From Candidatus Latescibacterota bacterium (lineage in GTDB: Bacteria > Latescibacterota > CBDEFO01), in NCBI GenBank assembly GCA_965248755.1, contig OZ252149.1, positions 3,072,001-3,136,000 on the forward strand: DNA of 64,000 bases, read 5' to 3'. This document shows positions 1-10,594 of the stretch, piece after piece (the first letter of the stretch is position 1; each line of letters begins with the position of its first letter). Position numbers and translations under genes: made by a program. The notes under the pieces are model-generated. The model had not been told where the DNA came from. It was given only the letters and a program-made list of their open reading frames with translations, and did not search any database.

Positions 1-367
1 AGCACCTTATATTTTGTCTGAGTTCGCCGGACAGAATCTGGGAGGGCTAAGAAGATGCATACTTATCAGCACCTATACCCAGAGGAGTTCATGTGAGCAT
101 GAGCCAGACATCTTCAAACGATAAAGAAACAGTGCAGAGACGGCGGTAGGGACAGGCCCCACAGCTTCGATTGGAAACACATCGGCATCAGACATTTTAG
201 AGAATTACCTATGGAAAGGCGGCCTGACACTTGCCTTGAGCTGATGCAAATAATGTCTTGACAACTCAGAAGAAATCCATTGTAGCCAACAGCAGATACT
301 AAGGGCTGACAATACAGCCACAAACAGAAAGATATAGTCTTTCTGCCCTTTGGAGGTTGTATTCATA

Positions 368-1771
368 ATGAGCAAGAAAAAGATACTCATCGTTGACGAC
401 GACCCTAATATAGTCTTCGCCTTTAAAAAGATGTTTGAAAAGGAGGGCTATCGAACCATCTCGGAAGGGGACGGTGTTGGAGGGCTGGAGGCTATACAGA
501 AAGAAGAGCCGGACCTTGCGTTCATGGACGTGTCTATGCCGAAGATGGACGGCTTAGAGGTACTGGAGAAGATCAAGAAGATGGGGTTGGACATCCCGGT
601 GGTAATCATCACGGGCTTCGGAACGATGCAAACGGCGATAAGGGCTGTGCAACTCGGAGCTTACGAGTATATCACCAAGCCTCTGGATGTGGATAAGGTC
701 AGGATCACCGCGCGGCGAGCTTTGGAAGCCCAACGTATGAGAGAGGAGATCAAAGACCTTCGCGCCAAGCTTGATTCATATTACTCTGAAGATACCTTGA
801 TCGGCAACGATCCGGGCATGGAGGAGGTTTACAAGACCATAGGCGCTGTAACCGCGACGCCAAATGCCACGACCGTTTTGATTCAGGGGGAAAGCGGCAC
901 TGGAAAGGAATTGGTGGCTAGGGCGATCCATAACAATAGCGAGTCGTCTTCGGGACCTTTCGCGGCGATTAAGTGCACAGCTTTGCCCAGCGAACTTCTG
1001 GAAAGCGAGCTGTTTGGATATGAGACAGGGGCGTTCACAGGAGCGACAGCCAGGAAAGCGGGGAAGTTTGAAGTAGCAAAGGACGGGACGATATTCCTGG
1101 ATGAAATAGCCGGTTTTTCCTTAAACCTGCAGCAGAAACTCCTTCGGGTCCTCCAAGAAAGAGAGTTTCAAAGACTCGGAGGCAATCAGACTCTCAAAGT
1201 CGATGCCCGCTTTATTGTGGCGACCAATAAGGATTTGGAAAGCGAGGTGAAAAAGGGTAATTTCCGGGAAGACCTTTATTTTCGACTCAACGTGATACCG
1301 ATTTATCTTCCCCCTTTAAGGGAAAGGCGGGATGACATCACACTTCTAGCCGACTATTTTCTGACCAAATATAACCGCAGCTTAAGGAAGAACATTAAGC
1401 TCATGTCCGATGAAACCTTGGAGATTCTCCTTGGCTATGATTGGCCTGGCAATGTGCGAGAACTGGAAAATGTCATTCAAAGGTGTGTCGTTATAGAAAA
1501 GGGGGAGGTGATCCTACCCAGATCTCTCCCTGAAAGGGTCAGATCGGAGGACAGATCGGTTGAAATGGACATTCCCTTGGTGAGCACCAATTTGAAGGGG
1601 GCAAGAAAAAACGTCCTTGAAGCCTTTGAAAAGAAATTCGTTCGTGAGGCCCTAACAGCTACAGCAGGCAATGTCACCGAAGCAGCTAAAAGGGCAGGTA
1701 TTGAGCGTCAAAGTTTCCACAGGATGATAAGCAAGTACAGTATCTCACCTGAGGACTTCCGAAAAGGTTGA
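368..1771 (+). CDS. Sigma-54-dependent response regulator, NtrC family (REC-AAA+-Fis HTH)
   Basis: Receiver motif ILIVDDD; Walker A GESGTGKE; GAFTGA loop; FREDLYFRLNV; WPGNVRELEN; C-terminal GNVTEAAKRAGI HTH. GGAGGT RBS precedes the ATG at 368. Confidence 0.95.
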   Translation: MSKKKILIVDDDPNIVFAFKKMFEKEGYRTISEGDGVGGLEAIQKEEPDLAFMDVSMPKMDGLEVLEKIKKMGLDIPVVIITGFGTMQTAIRAVQLGAYEYITKPLDVDKVRITARRALEAQRMREEIKDLRAKLDSYYSEDTLIGNDPGMEEVYKTIGAVTATPNATTVLIQGESGTGKELVARAIHNNSESSSGPFAAIKCTALPSELLESELFGYETGAFTGATARKAGKFEVAKDGTIFLDEIAGFSLNLQQKLLRVLQEREFQRLGGNQTLKVDARFIVATNKDLESEVKKGNFREDLYFRLNVIPIYLPPLRERRDDITLLADYFLTKYNRSLRKNIKLMSDETLEILLGYDWPGNVRELENVIQRCVVIEKGEVILPRSLPERVRSEDRSVEMDIPLVSTNLKGARKNVLEAFEKKFVREALTATAGNVTEAAKRAGIERQSFHRMISKYSISPEDFRKG

Positions 1772-1810
1772 CCCCCGATAGATACAATCGGGGGCGACTC
1801 CTTAAAGAGA

Positions 1811-1850
1811 TGTCACGTAAGACGTTACAGTATGTCACGTTGAGTGTAAA
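1811..1850. promoter_or_regulatory. Putative enhancer-like palindromic sites (TGTCAC-N7-GTTACA plus a second TGTCAC half-site)
   Basis: Imperfect TGT...ACA palindrome just after the regulator gene; it is conserved in the duplicated copy near 3093-3122. Confidence 0.35.
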
Positions 1851-1949
1851 TATGAGATCTCCCGAAACAGAAGAATAGCTTACACATAATAATATAAGAT
1901 AACACCTTTTTTATAAGCTACTTAACTTAAGACTTGATCTGGTTAAGCG

Positions 1950-2910
1950 GCTTATTTGTTGGTAAGAATACAACATCATACACCTCGATATCTTGCGAAG
2001 AAGTGAGTATTACTGCATATTACGATATGCGAACATGCAGCTGCTGCAGGTGTATCGAATTTTGGAAATTATCGGATGGTAGGCATCGTTGTCATGGCTG
2101 TCGTAGAGACTATCATGTCCGAACCAAAAGCTACTGGTGCAGGAGCAAAATCTCTCCCTATTGGAAGGGAAGGTTGCTTGAGTCTTTTTGTCTTGCGGTC
2201 CCGGCTTACCCCCGATTGACTGATCCCCGATAGATTCAATCCGGGAGGGTCGGGGATGGAATGTGTCAGACAGATGGGAATGTATCGACTTTTCCTGTCC
2301 CGTCTCGAAGTAGACAAGTAATCGTTCCCCTCATTACGCAAGATACTAAGCCGGGTAGTCTCTACTATACGGATGATTGGCATGCTTACGATTCTGTATC
2401 TATCCGTGGTAACCAGGTTCTGGTCGAGATAGAGAAAGGACATACCAATAGTAGAGACCATCTAACCCGATTAAGCATAAACTTGGTGGAGTCATTGCGA
2501 CGAGCAAAGCGGTCCCCGATCGAGTCTATCGGGGAAGCAATCTCAAGGTTTCATAGTGGTCTCCTATGAGAGCCGGCGAGTATTACATGTACTATAGTAA
2601 CCCCCGATTAAATCTATCGGGGGGATTTATTCGCCTTCGGCTCGCAATGACACCGAAGGTGCTTAAACAACATAACTATAATATAATACAATCTCTTAAT
2701 TAATACGCTGACCTTTCTTGTGAATTATTAGGCCAAAGTAGAATGGAACGTTGTTGGTCATACGCTAAGCACTTTCTATATCCTTATCAACGTGCAGACA
2801 AGCAATATGTCCATCTCTACTTGAAGGAGAAAGAATGGAGATTCAACCATCAAGATCAGGACATAGTAGACATGGTCAGACACATTATGAATCTACCCTT
2901 TCGAGGTGTA
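1950..2910 (+). pseudogene. IS1595-family (ISXO2-like) transposase relic, frameshifted and interrupted by a MITE
   Basis: Zn-ribbon-like CxxC..CxxC; YYTDDWHAY motif; RDHL reads on in frame after the MITE as SRMERCWSYAKH...YLKEKEWRFNH. Confidence 0.8.
2463..2736 (+). mobile_element. MITE copy A (TA-flanked, imperfect ACCCGATTAA terminal inverted repeats)
   Basis: Aligns by eye with copies at 11033, 23910 and 50739; removing it restores the IS1595 reading frame. Confidence 0.85.
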
Positions 2911-2911
2911 T

Positions 2912-3122
2912 AAGAAATTCGTTCGTGAGGTCATAAGGGCTACAGCAGGCGACGTTACCGAAGCACCTAATGAGGGTACGTATTGAACGTCAAAGTTTCC
3001 ACAGCATGATAAGCAGGTACAGCATCTCGCCTGAGGATTTCCGCAAAGGTTGACCCCCGATAGATGCAATCGGGGGCGACTCCATTAAGAGATGTCACGT
3101 AGGACGTTACAGTGTGTCACGT
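2912..3122 (+). repeat. Diverged direct duplicate of 1631-1840 (3' end of the NtrC-type gene plus downstream sequence)
   Basis: Both copies run aagaaattcgttcgtgagg...aaaggttgacccccgataga...gagatgtcacgt; this copy carries substitutions and an indel. Confidence 0.9.
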
Positions 3123-3169
3123 AGAAGGCGACACTCAAATGCTTGATCTGTCAGAACAGAACGTAATGC

Positions 3170-3833
3170 CACAACATTATACCCTTTGAGAGTGGCGACC
3201 ATAAGGTGTCTGGCTATCTCTCTTAGGCCCTGGCATTTATGGTTGAATCTCCATTCTGTTTCCTTCAGGTAGAGGCGGAAATATTGCTTGGGTACACCTT
3301 CATAAGGACATAGAAAGTGCTTAGGGTATAAGAAAACTCCTTCGATTCCATTTAGATGGCCCCTACTATTGAGATGTCGTTTGTCTTGGTTGTCCACAAC
3401 GTCCACCAAACATGGTCTGATCCATCGCTATCTGTCCAGAAAGGGGATTTAGTTCTTCAACGGAGTCCTGATAGATAGCAAGGCGTACTATGCGGTAGAA
3501 ACGTTCAATAGTATGTAAGTGTGTTGGGATTCGGAACTTTATTGAGTAAGCAGAAACCGCAAGACACTCGAACTCAAGGAGCCTTTCCTTACAGTAAGGA
3601 GAAATCTTGCTCGTGCAGCAGCAGGTATTGGTTCGAAAATGGTAGTACCTACGACACCCTTGACAACGATATTTAGCGCCTGATGATTTCCAAAATCTGG
3701 TGCACTTGCAGCAGCTACATTTTCGCATATCGTAATACGTAGCAATACCGGCTTCTTCGCATGATATTAAGATGTGTGATGTTGTAGTATTACCTAATTT
3801 AAACGCCCAAAGGAATATGTTCGAAATTCCCAA
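3170..3833 (-). pseudogene. Second IS1595-family transposase relic, inverted relative to the first
   Basis: ORFs 3366-3833 and 3107-3409 are paralogous to the first relic (YYDMRKCSCC, SGQIAMDQTMFGG, HLNGIEG, YLKETEWRFNH). Confidence 0.8.
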
Positions 3834-4694
3834 ATCTAAACCTTACGAGGAAAAAAAGGAGCTTTAGTAAAACGGTACTAACATAAGTGGATTATGCGGG
3901 CCGCAGGTGAGGCAGATGTTAAATCTCTTGAAGCAGGATGGAGAGGTTCAGTCTGTTATTCTCAATCGGCAGAACTCTGATGAGCGTCTCAGGAGTCATC
4001 ACAGAGAACAAGCTGCGGCCTCTGGCGAAGATTGCTGGTAGAGAGGTTAGAGGAAGAAGTTCTGTAGAGATCACTAGGTGTTGAGTAGATTAAGATACAG
4101 TCGTGACTCCTGAGTTATTATAGGGAAGTGGTATATGCTGCCACCAATCTCTCTTCAAAATTGTTCTGCCAAAATTCTACCTTCTTCAGAGCTCGGCGCC
4201 ATGTGATGTTTACACTACACTTTTTCATTGACATTCAGCATCTAATTTTATATTTTATCAGCTAATTGCCCGGTATTTAGTCTCTGTGTTCTTCCTTTCA
4301 GATCCGAAGAGGTTGAATTGCAATGATCCGGATATTCAAAGCGTATCCTGTGTGCTTTTTGCTCATCTTATCCCGCTCAGACTTCGGCGTCTGGCAGTCT
4401 GAATTAAATAGTCGGCTTCTGTAGACTGTATAACCCAGCTCGCTGAGATTGTACCAGACGATAGAATATGGAAACTCAAAGATTTGGACTCCGTAACGGT
4501 GAGGGGCTCAGAAGGTCTATACAGAAAAAAGAGTCTGCCCTGGGAAGTTTACGCAGACTGTATAATCATAGATTGTGTCATATGGCGCGCGGGCCTGATC
4601 CAGGTTGCGACTTCTGCTATCGGGGCCGTTATATAGCACCATCCATAGGTCGTGATATCAAGCTGATCTAGTGAGTTTTTAAGGAAGATGAAAG

Positions 4695-5681
4695 ATGCGC
4701 ATTCAAGGATTTGATATATCCAAACTTCCTCCTGCTGAAAAGACAACCGGCTGGCTGGAGGTCGCCCCTCGAGCAGACGGCAGCGCCTGGCGATTGCCCT
4801 TGCTCTATGTGACCGGCGTCACAAGCGGCCCGATACTCGTCGTCACTGCCGCTGTACATGGGAATGAATATGAGGGGGTTGAAGCGATACCCCGCATCTT
4901 TGAACAGGTGCAGCCCGACCTTTTGCACGGCACCCTGGTGATGATCGCCGCCTGCAACATGCCTGCCTACGAGGCCGGCATTCGCAACAGCTCAATAGAC
5001 GGACTCAATCTGGCTCGCGTCTTTCCCGGAGATGCTGAGGGCACGATCACGCAGCGCATCGCCTACTGGATGGCTCACAAGCTCATCAAACCGGCCGACT
5101 TCTTTATCGATCTTCACAGCGGCGGCGTTGAATCCAACATCCCCACCCTGATCGGCTATCTGCACAGCGACGATGCCTTGGGGAAAAAATCGCAAGCTGC
5201 GGCCAAGGCCTTTGGCGCTCCGGTATTGTGGGGACACCCACCGCCCGTGCCACCGGGGCGCAGCATCAGCGCCGCCACTGAGTTTGGCGTTCCCTGGCTT
5301 TATACCGAAACCCCGGGTGGGGGTCGGGCCACGCCGGATGACGTGGCTTGTTATATCGAGGGGGTCTTCAACGTCATGAAGCATTTGGGTATGGTGCCGG
5401 GTGAGCCGCAGCCCCGACCAATGATCCATCACCTGGTAGGGGACGGCAATCTGGATGTGGTGATCTCTTCCCCGGCGGCGGGTTTCTTCCAGCCTGACGT
5501 CGCCCTTCTGGATGAGGTCGGGGTCGGTCAACGCCTGGGGACTGTTCAAGATTTCTTCGGCCAGGTTACAGCTGAGGTCACTGCCGACAGGGATGGGGTG
5601 GTGATATTTCTACGCCGACTTCCTCGAGTTAATGTTGGCGATAGGTTGGTACAGGTGACGGGACAACACGTAAAAAGGTGA
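4695..5681 (+). CDS. Succinylglutamate desuccinylase/aspartoacylase (M14) family metallohydrolase
   Basis: HGNEYEG, NLARVFPG and DLHSGG motifs; C-terminal biotinyl-like hybrid segment. Confidence 0.9.
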   Translation: MRIQGFDISKLPPAEKTTGWLEVAPRADGSAWRLPLLYVTGVTSGPILVVTAAVHGNEYEGVEAIPRIFEQVQPDLLHGTLVMIAACNMPAYEAGIRNSSIDGLNLARVFPGDAEGTITQRIAYWMAHKLIKPADFFIDLHSGGVESNIPTLIGYLHSDDALGKKSQAAAKAFGAPVLWGHPPPVPPGRSISAATEFGVPWLYTETPGGGRATPDDVACYIEGVFNVMKHLGMVPGEPQPRPMIHHLVGDGNLDVVISSPAAGFFQPDVALLDEVGVGQRLGTVQDFFGQVTAEVTADRDGVVIFLRRLPRVNVGDRLVQVTGQHVKR

Positions 5682-6116
5682 GGCGTATTCTGTCCTGATA
5701 GGAATTTTGATATCACGGTTCCAGCGCTCACAAGCGTGATTTCGCTTAATGCCGATAACGTCGTTGCTTGGTTGATCCCCGGGGATTTGACGACACGATC
5801 TTCGACATGGCCCACGAAGCGTTCGGAGGCAAGCGCTAAGACGACCAGAGAGATGGCCAACAGGGCGTCTAGATATCGTGGTTTGGCGTCGTCAGCCTTT
5901 GGCTTGAAAGACCCTCCGCAATCATCAGTACATCAACAGTCGCAAGCCCATTTCAAGGCCGCGTAGCTTAACCGCGTGCTGCCCCTGAGCTACCGCGGCA
6001 GACCGCGGCGCGATCAGAACCTTTGTGGTCGTCTGTAATAGTTCGTGTAAGCCAGCCCCGATGGGACAGGCAGGAGGAGCACTGATCCGTTAGGCTGCGT
6101 GAGAGAGGAGTCTGCT

Positions 6117-7256
6117 ATGTCCCAGTTGCGCATTACCGATAGTGGTATTATCTACATTAATCCAGATCCGGCGCACTACCACGTTTCGGCTTTCTTCCCG
6201 AACGTGGTACAGCTCTCCGAGTCGGAATTCATCTGTGTCTATCAGCGGGGGGACGGGATGTACGCGGCCAATAGCAACGTCGCTCTCCTGCGCTCTCTCG
6301 ACGGCGGGGTATCGTGGACGGACGAAGGGGATCTTCACGACAAGTCACAGGACGATAGGCCCTACTCGTACCATGGCACGCATGTGTCCCGCATGTGCGA
6401 CGGCTCACTCGTCGTCTGTCCGTTTCGGGCTGACCGCTCGAATCCGGATCAGCCATTCTTCAGTGAGATGGGTGGGTTGATCGCGAACGACCCGGTTCTG
6501 TTGATCTCGCAAGATGACGGCCTTACGTGGACGGGACCGTCTGTCGTGTCGCTTCCTCCAGATCTAGTTGCCACCCCGGCGCAGTCGGTCATTGAACTCA
6601 GCAATGGCAGTTGGCTTGCTACCTTTGACAGATGGCCTGCGTTCGGCGATTCAGGCCCGTACAAGCCACGCATGCTCTGCTTGTTCTCCGATGACCGAGG
6701 GCAGAGCTGGAAAGACATGGTGGTGATGGCAGACGGCGCTGAGGAAGGGAAAGGTTTTTGGCACGGACGGGCTGTCCGGCTGGCCAACGGCCGCCTGTTC
6801 TCGCTCTTGTGGTCGGCCGACATGACCGACCCGGATCGGGGCCCAATCGACCTACCGATCCACTATACCTTTGCGGATCCGACCGGTCACGTATGGCAAA
6901 CGCCCCAACCGACAACACTGCCGGGCCAGACGAATTGCACAGCGGAACTGCCGGACGGGCGATTGGCGGCGATCTATACGTGGCGTGAGAGCGACTGTCC
7001 CGGTTTCATGGTCGCACTCTCCAAGGATGGTGGGCAGACCTGGGATTTGGAGCATCAGATTCGGGTATGGGACGCCACAGGGTGGACGGAAATCGGCCTG
7101 AGCAGTCCGGATCGCTATCCCCGTAGTCACGACACCATCGCCTTTGGAGCGCCGTCGCTGATCACAACTATAAGCGGGGAACTGTTTGCCAGTTGGTGGT
7201 GCACCTACGCCAGCCTGACGCATATGCGGTGGGCGAAGATAAGTGCCCAAGCGTGA
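6117..7256 (+). CDS. Sialidase-like Asp-box (BNR) beta-propeller protein
   Basis: Four Asp-boxes: SLDGGVSW, SQDDGLTW, SDDRGQSW, SKDGGQTW. GAGGAG RBS before the ATG at 6117. Confidence 0.85.
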   Translation: MSQLRITDSGIIYINPDPAHYHVSAFFPNVVQLSESEFICVYQRGDGMYAANSNVALLRSLDGGVSWTDEGDLHDKSQDDRPYSYHGTHVSRMCDGSLVVCPFRADRSNPDQPFFSEMGGLIANDPVLLISQDDGLTWTGPSVVSLPPDLVATPAQSVIELSNGSWLATFDRWPAFGDSGPYKPRMLCLFSDDRGQSWKDMVVMADGAEEGKGFWHGRAVRLANGRLFSLLWSADMTDPDRGPIDLPIHYTFADPTGHVWQTPQPTTLPGQTNCTAELPDGRLAAIYTWRESDCPGFMVALSKDGGQTWDLEHQIRVWDATGWTEIGLSSPDRYPRSHDTIAFGAPSLITTISGELFASWWCTYASLTHMRWAKISAQA

Positions 7257-7489
7257 GGGGAAAGAAGGCATTGTCCAACTATGTGCTGCACCAGAAGGTC
7301 GGTTTGCGCCGTCTGATGAGCGAGGGGCAAACAGCTAAGAGGCGAGATTGCGTCCCCGATTGACTTTATGGGGGATTGCTTCGGGGTGAAGCCCCTCTTG
7401 ACCAAGAGGGAAGAACCCCCTTGCTCGGAGCTGCTGCTCTGTGTAGCCGCGCCCTTTGAGGTAGTCTAAGCTTGTAAATGACCAAAGAT

Positions 7490-7522
7490 AAAGCCCGCCA
7501 TTGATGTCTGACGGGCTTTTTT
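7490..7522. terminator. Intrinsic terminator between convergent units
   Basis: aaagcccgcca...tgacgggctttttt hairpin with a T-tract. Confidence 0.65.
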
Positions 7523-7536
7523 GCTTTACAAAGCAA

Positions 7537-7607
7537 CGAAGGCATTTGGGTGGAAGAAGCGAACCGAAAAACACGCTTTATACGCCGTCGCCCCTCTATC
7601 ACTTGAA
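7537..7607. repeat. 71-bp direct repeat, copy 1 (copy 2 at 8745-8815)
   Basis: The first 45 nt (cgaaggcatttgggtggaagaagcgaaccgaaaaacacgctttat) are identical in both copies. Confidence 0.9.
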
Positions 7608-7668
7608 TTGGACGCAGAACGACACGTCCACTCTGAAGCGTGATGCTGTGCTCCTTCAACTTCTCCAT
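7608..7668 (-). pseudogene. N-terminal stub of a probable RimJ/RimL-type GNAT acetyltransferase, truncated at the repeat
   Basis: MEKLKEHSITLQSGRVVLRP with a GAGGTG RBS, after which the frame runs into the 71-bp repeat. Confidence 0.4.
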
Positions 7669-7732
7669 AGATATGCACCTCTTTTTGCCAGACTTCGACT
7701 AAAGGTGCTGACCTGGATAACTCTACCCAAAC

Positions 7733-8656
7733 TCAGGAGTTTGATTTACCCATTCCAATGACTTCGTAAAGGGTGTGTTCGCCGCTTTTTCCCCTTAGCG
7801 TGATGGGGAAGCTTCTGTTCACCCGCACGTGTTTTTTCACCTGGATGTAAGTGGCTTCAGAGATAAGGAACTTTGCGCCCACTTCTTTATTCACGTCCTC
7901 AATACGGCTAGCGATGTTAACTGAATCGCCGACGGCCATCACCTGCTCCATATTGGAGCAACCAACGGTACCCACCACAACTTCTCCGTAATGCACCCCG
8001 ATAACGATCTGGAATCTTGTTTCATAGGTAGCCTCCAGATAGGAATTGAGCTGTTCCACTTCCACAAACATCTCGAGACCTGCTTCGACAGATCGTAACG
8101 CTGCTCCGGCGGGCTCCTCAAGCCCAAACAGAGCCATCAGCCCATCTCCCCTGTAGTCTCCGATGTAACCGCCGTGGCGACTTATCACCTGACCCATTCG
8201 AAGGAAATATTTGTTCATCATATGGATGACATCGTATGGAGGTAGGGCTTCAGCAAAAGCGGTGGACCCACGGATATCTGCAAATAGGATGGCAACCTGT
8301 TTCTCTTCGCCTATATACCCGGGTGTCGCATTCGCTCCTAATTGGCTCGTCAGATCTGCATCCTCTTCATCTAGCACCAGTCGTCGCAGTTTCACGTTGC
8401 CGGTAACTGTGGTCTGGCAAGCCAGCCGAATTGTCGGACCCAAGCGCAATCCCTCAGAAAGAGCTTGCTCTTTAGCAGTTCGGGGAGAACAGAATTCGAG
8501 GCCCTCCAGAATCATCACACGACATGTGGAGCACCGGGCTTTCCCACCGCAGGCATGCGTATGAGGAATATCAACTTGCAATGATGTCTGGAGAATGGTT
8601 GTCTCTGTATCTGTCTCTACTTCCCTCTCATCGGACAGATAATAAATGTGCGGCAT
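7733..8656 (-). CDS. Class III adenylate/guanylate cyclase with N-terminal 2Fe-2S ferredoxin domain
   Basis: CGGKARCSTC...RLACQ ferredoxin motif; LFADIRGST, GDGLMALFG and GDSVNIASRIE cyclase motifs. Confidence 0.93.
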   Translation of the reverse strand: MPHIYYLSDEREVETDTETTILQTSLQVDIPHTHACGGKARCSTCRVMILEGLEFCSPRTAKEQALSEGLRLGPTIRLACQTTVTGNVKLRRLVLDEEDADLTSQLGANATPGYIGEEKQVAILFADIRGSTAFAEALPPYDVIHMMNKYFLRMGQVISRHGGYIGDYRGDGLMALFGLEEPAGAALRSVEAGLEMFVEVEQLNSYLEATYETRFQIVIGVHYGEVVVGTVGCSNMEQVMAVGDSVNIASRIEDVNKEVGAKFLISEATYIQVKKHVRVNRSFPITLRGKSGEHTLYEVIGMGKSNS

Positions 8657-8744
8657 ATCCAGCTCCCATAGTATACAAAGGTGATTTAGATTGTCTCACC
8701 TGGCAGGCACTTTCAGCCAACTCCTCGGCATAGCTGAAGTTCGC

Positions 8745-8815
8745 CGAAGGCATTTGGGTGGAAGAAGCGAACCGAAAAACACGCTTTATGCGTTGTCGCT
8801 CCTCTGTCACTTGAA
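8745..8815. repeat. 71-bp direct repeat, copy 2
   Basis: See 7537-7607. Confidence 0.9.
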
Positions 8816-8830
8816 GCAGATGAGTTTTTG

Positions 8831-10594
8831 CTATGCCTCTTCATACAGGCGTTCGCCGCGGTAGAGCCGGAGGGCAATCTGATACGTCTGTCCTTGTGCC
8901 CGAACCGTCGGCGCATGGGCTGCCAGATACCGCGCTGCAGCCAACAGTACATGTGCCTCAGCTGGTGTTCGGCGCAGCAGAGCATACTGACGGAAGGCCG
9001 CTTCGACCATCTGAATCGTGTGAAAGTCGCGATCCTCGCGCAGCAGTAATCTTCCCAGCACAGCCAACAGCCGATCCGGGTTCCCGCCACTGTACAGATA
9101 GCGTGCGACCAATTGGCCCGCCTCGTTCACCTGCTGCTGTCGGTCCAACAGCGCTGAGAGCTCATCCAGAAGCACTTGGGGGTTCTTGACTGTGTCATCT
9201 GGCTCGGGCAGGGGAACCGCGGGCACGTTCAAAAAGCGGTCGAGGTATATACTCATCGCCGCGTCGAAGACGCCTCGCAGCAGTTCCGGCGACGCTATCC
9301 GCCTCAGCCCCTGGTGCACGGCGTTGGCAAACGTAAAGGTGTGCAGTGCCGTGTCCCAGTCTGCGAACTCGTTGCTGATATGGAAGCGGGCAATGCGCAG
9401 CGCTGCAGCGTAAGCCACCGCACTGGCCAATTCTTCTTCGCTACTGCCCTCCTGTAGCGCCTCTAACAGTGCGCCGGCAATGGCCTGTGGGTCCTCGCCC
9501 AAAAGCACTGGCACCAGTGTGTCGCGTCCCGTCCACGTCCCGCGCTGACCTTGGCCCGTCTCCAGCGCGGCCGGCAGCGCCTCGAAGGCGCTCTCCAGGA
9601 TCGCAATCAGGTCCACAGGGTTGCGCCAAGCGTTGGATTCCTCCATCCGATCGGCGTTGGCATAGCCGGAGACCAAGCTGGTCAGTACCGGTTCAGCGTA
9701 ATCCCATCCCCCTGCATCGAGTGCCTCCAGCGCCTTGTTGGTAAAGTCGGCAACATGGCCGATGTCGATATAGCGGTGGTCGGTAGCGGCGGCAAAGAGC
9801 ATATCGGCCATCTGCCGATGGTCGGCGCCGGCTCGCACGGCCGACACAATACAACGCTCGGCACCCTCAGCGTCGCGAACCTCGACGAACTGGCGGAACC
9901 AGCGCTTGAGCGTATCCAGGTCCGTCGTCAGGGTCGGGAGCGGGTGAATCTCGAAACGCGGCGGCCTACCAGCGCACTCCTGAGCAACGGCCGCCAGACC
10001 GTGGTAGAGAGAGCGCGGTCGGTCTTCAGCATTCAGATTGGGCAGCAGGTTCATCATGCAGGTGTGCATGGTCAGACCTTGCCCCCAGCCGGACTGCCGA
10101 TAACGCGCCCCGAAGTCGAGCCCAATGCGAAATGGCTCAGCCGGTTCTCCGTCATCATCTAACAAGGTGATGATGGCCTTCCCAATGACCAGTGAGATGG
10201 CTCGCTCCAGCCCATCCTGCAGACGCAGACGCTGATGAGCGCGCGGGTCTACGCGCAGCGCCAGGTCCACCCACACCTCACCGTCGCGGATTTGCACAGG
10301 GAAGCTGCGCACATCGTCGGCCCACTGGTCGAACGTTCCACCACTGGCCAGGTCAAAGCGCGCGTGGTGCCAGTGACAGGTCAGAATACCGTTTTTGAGG
10401 GTGCCGCGGTCGAGAGGGAAGCCCATGTGCGGGCAGCGGTTGTCCACAGCATAGATCTTGTCCCCCTGGGCGAACAGCGCCAGCGTGTGCCCATCGACCT
10501 GGACGTGCATACAGCCGGTAGCTTGCACCTCAGCCAGACGGGCGGCACGCACGTAGTTTTCGGCGCTCGTTGACATCTTGAACTTTTTACTCAT
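8831..10594 (-). CDS. Rieske 2Fe-2S domain protein with a large uncharacterised helical C-terminal region
   Basis: CPHMG...CHWH Rieske motif at the N-terminus; AGGAGG RBS. Confidence 0.85.
   Translation of the reverse strand: MSKKFKMSTSAENYVRAARLAEVQATGCMHVQVDGHTLALFAQGDKIYAVDNRCPHMGFPLDRGTLKNGILTCHWHHARFDLASGGTFDQWADDVRSFPVQIRDGEVWVDLALRVDPRAHQRLRLQDGLERAISLVIGKAIITLLDDDGEPAEPFRIGLDFGARYRQSGWGQGLTMHTCMMNLLPNLNAEDRPRSLYHGLAAVAQECAGRPPRFEIHPLPTLTTDLDTLKRWFRQFVEVRDAEGAERCIVSAVRAGADHRQMADMLFAAATDHRYIDIGHVADFTNKALEALDAGGWDYAEPVLTSLVSGYANADRMEESNAWRNPVDLIAILESAFEALPAALETGQGQRGTWTGRDTLVPVLLGEDPQAIAGALLEALQEGSSEEELASAVAYAAALRIARFHISNEFADWDTALHTFTFANAVHQGLRRIASPELLRGVFDAAMSIYLDRFLNVPAVPLPEPDDTVKNPQVLLDELSALLDRQQQVNEAGQLVARYLYSGGNPDRLLAVLGRLLLREDRDFHTIQMVEAAFRQYALLRRTPAEAHVLLAAARYLAAHAPTVRAQGQTYQIALRLYRGERLYEEA

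Noticed and set aside
3977..4010. CTGATGAG hammerhead-like core
   Set aside because: No stem II followed by GAAA in the required position.
5958..5999. GCCGCGGTAGCTCAG on the minus strand, resembling a tRNA 5' end
   Set aside because: No anticodon arm, T-arm or acceptor partner; a simple local hairpin explains it.
7420..7490. tmRNA-like TAAGCTTGTA segment
   Set aside because: No tRNA-like 3' end (GGTTCGA...CCA) or 5' GGGG domain.
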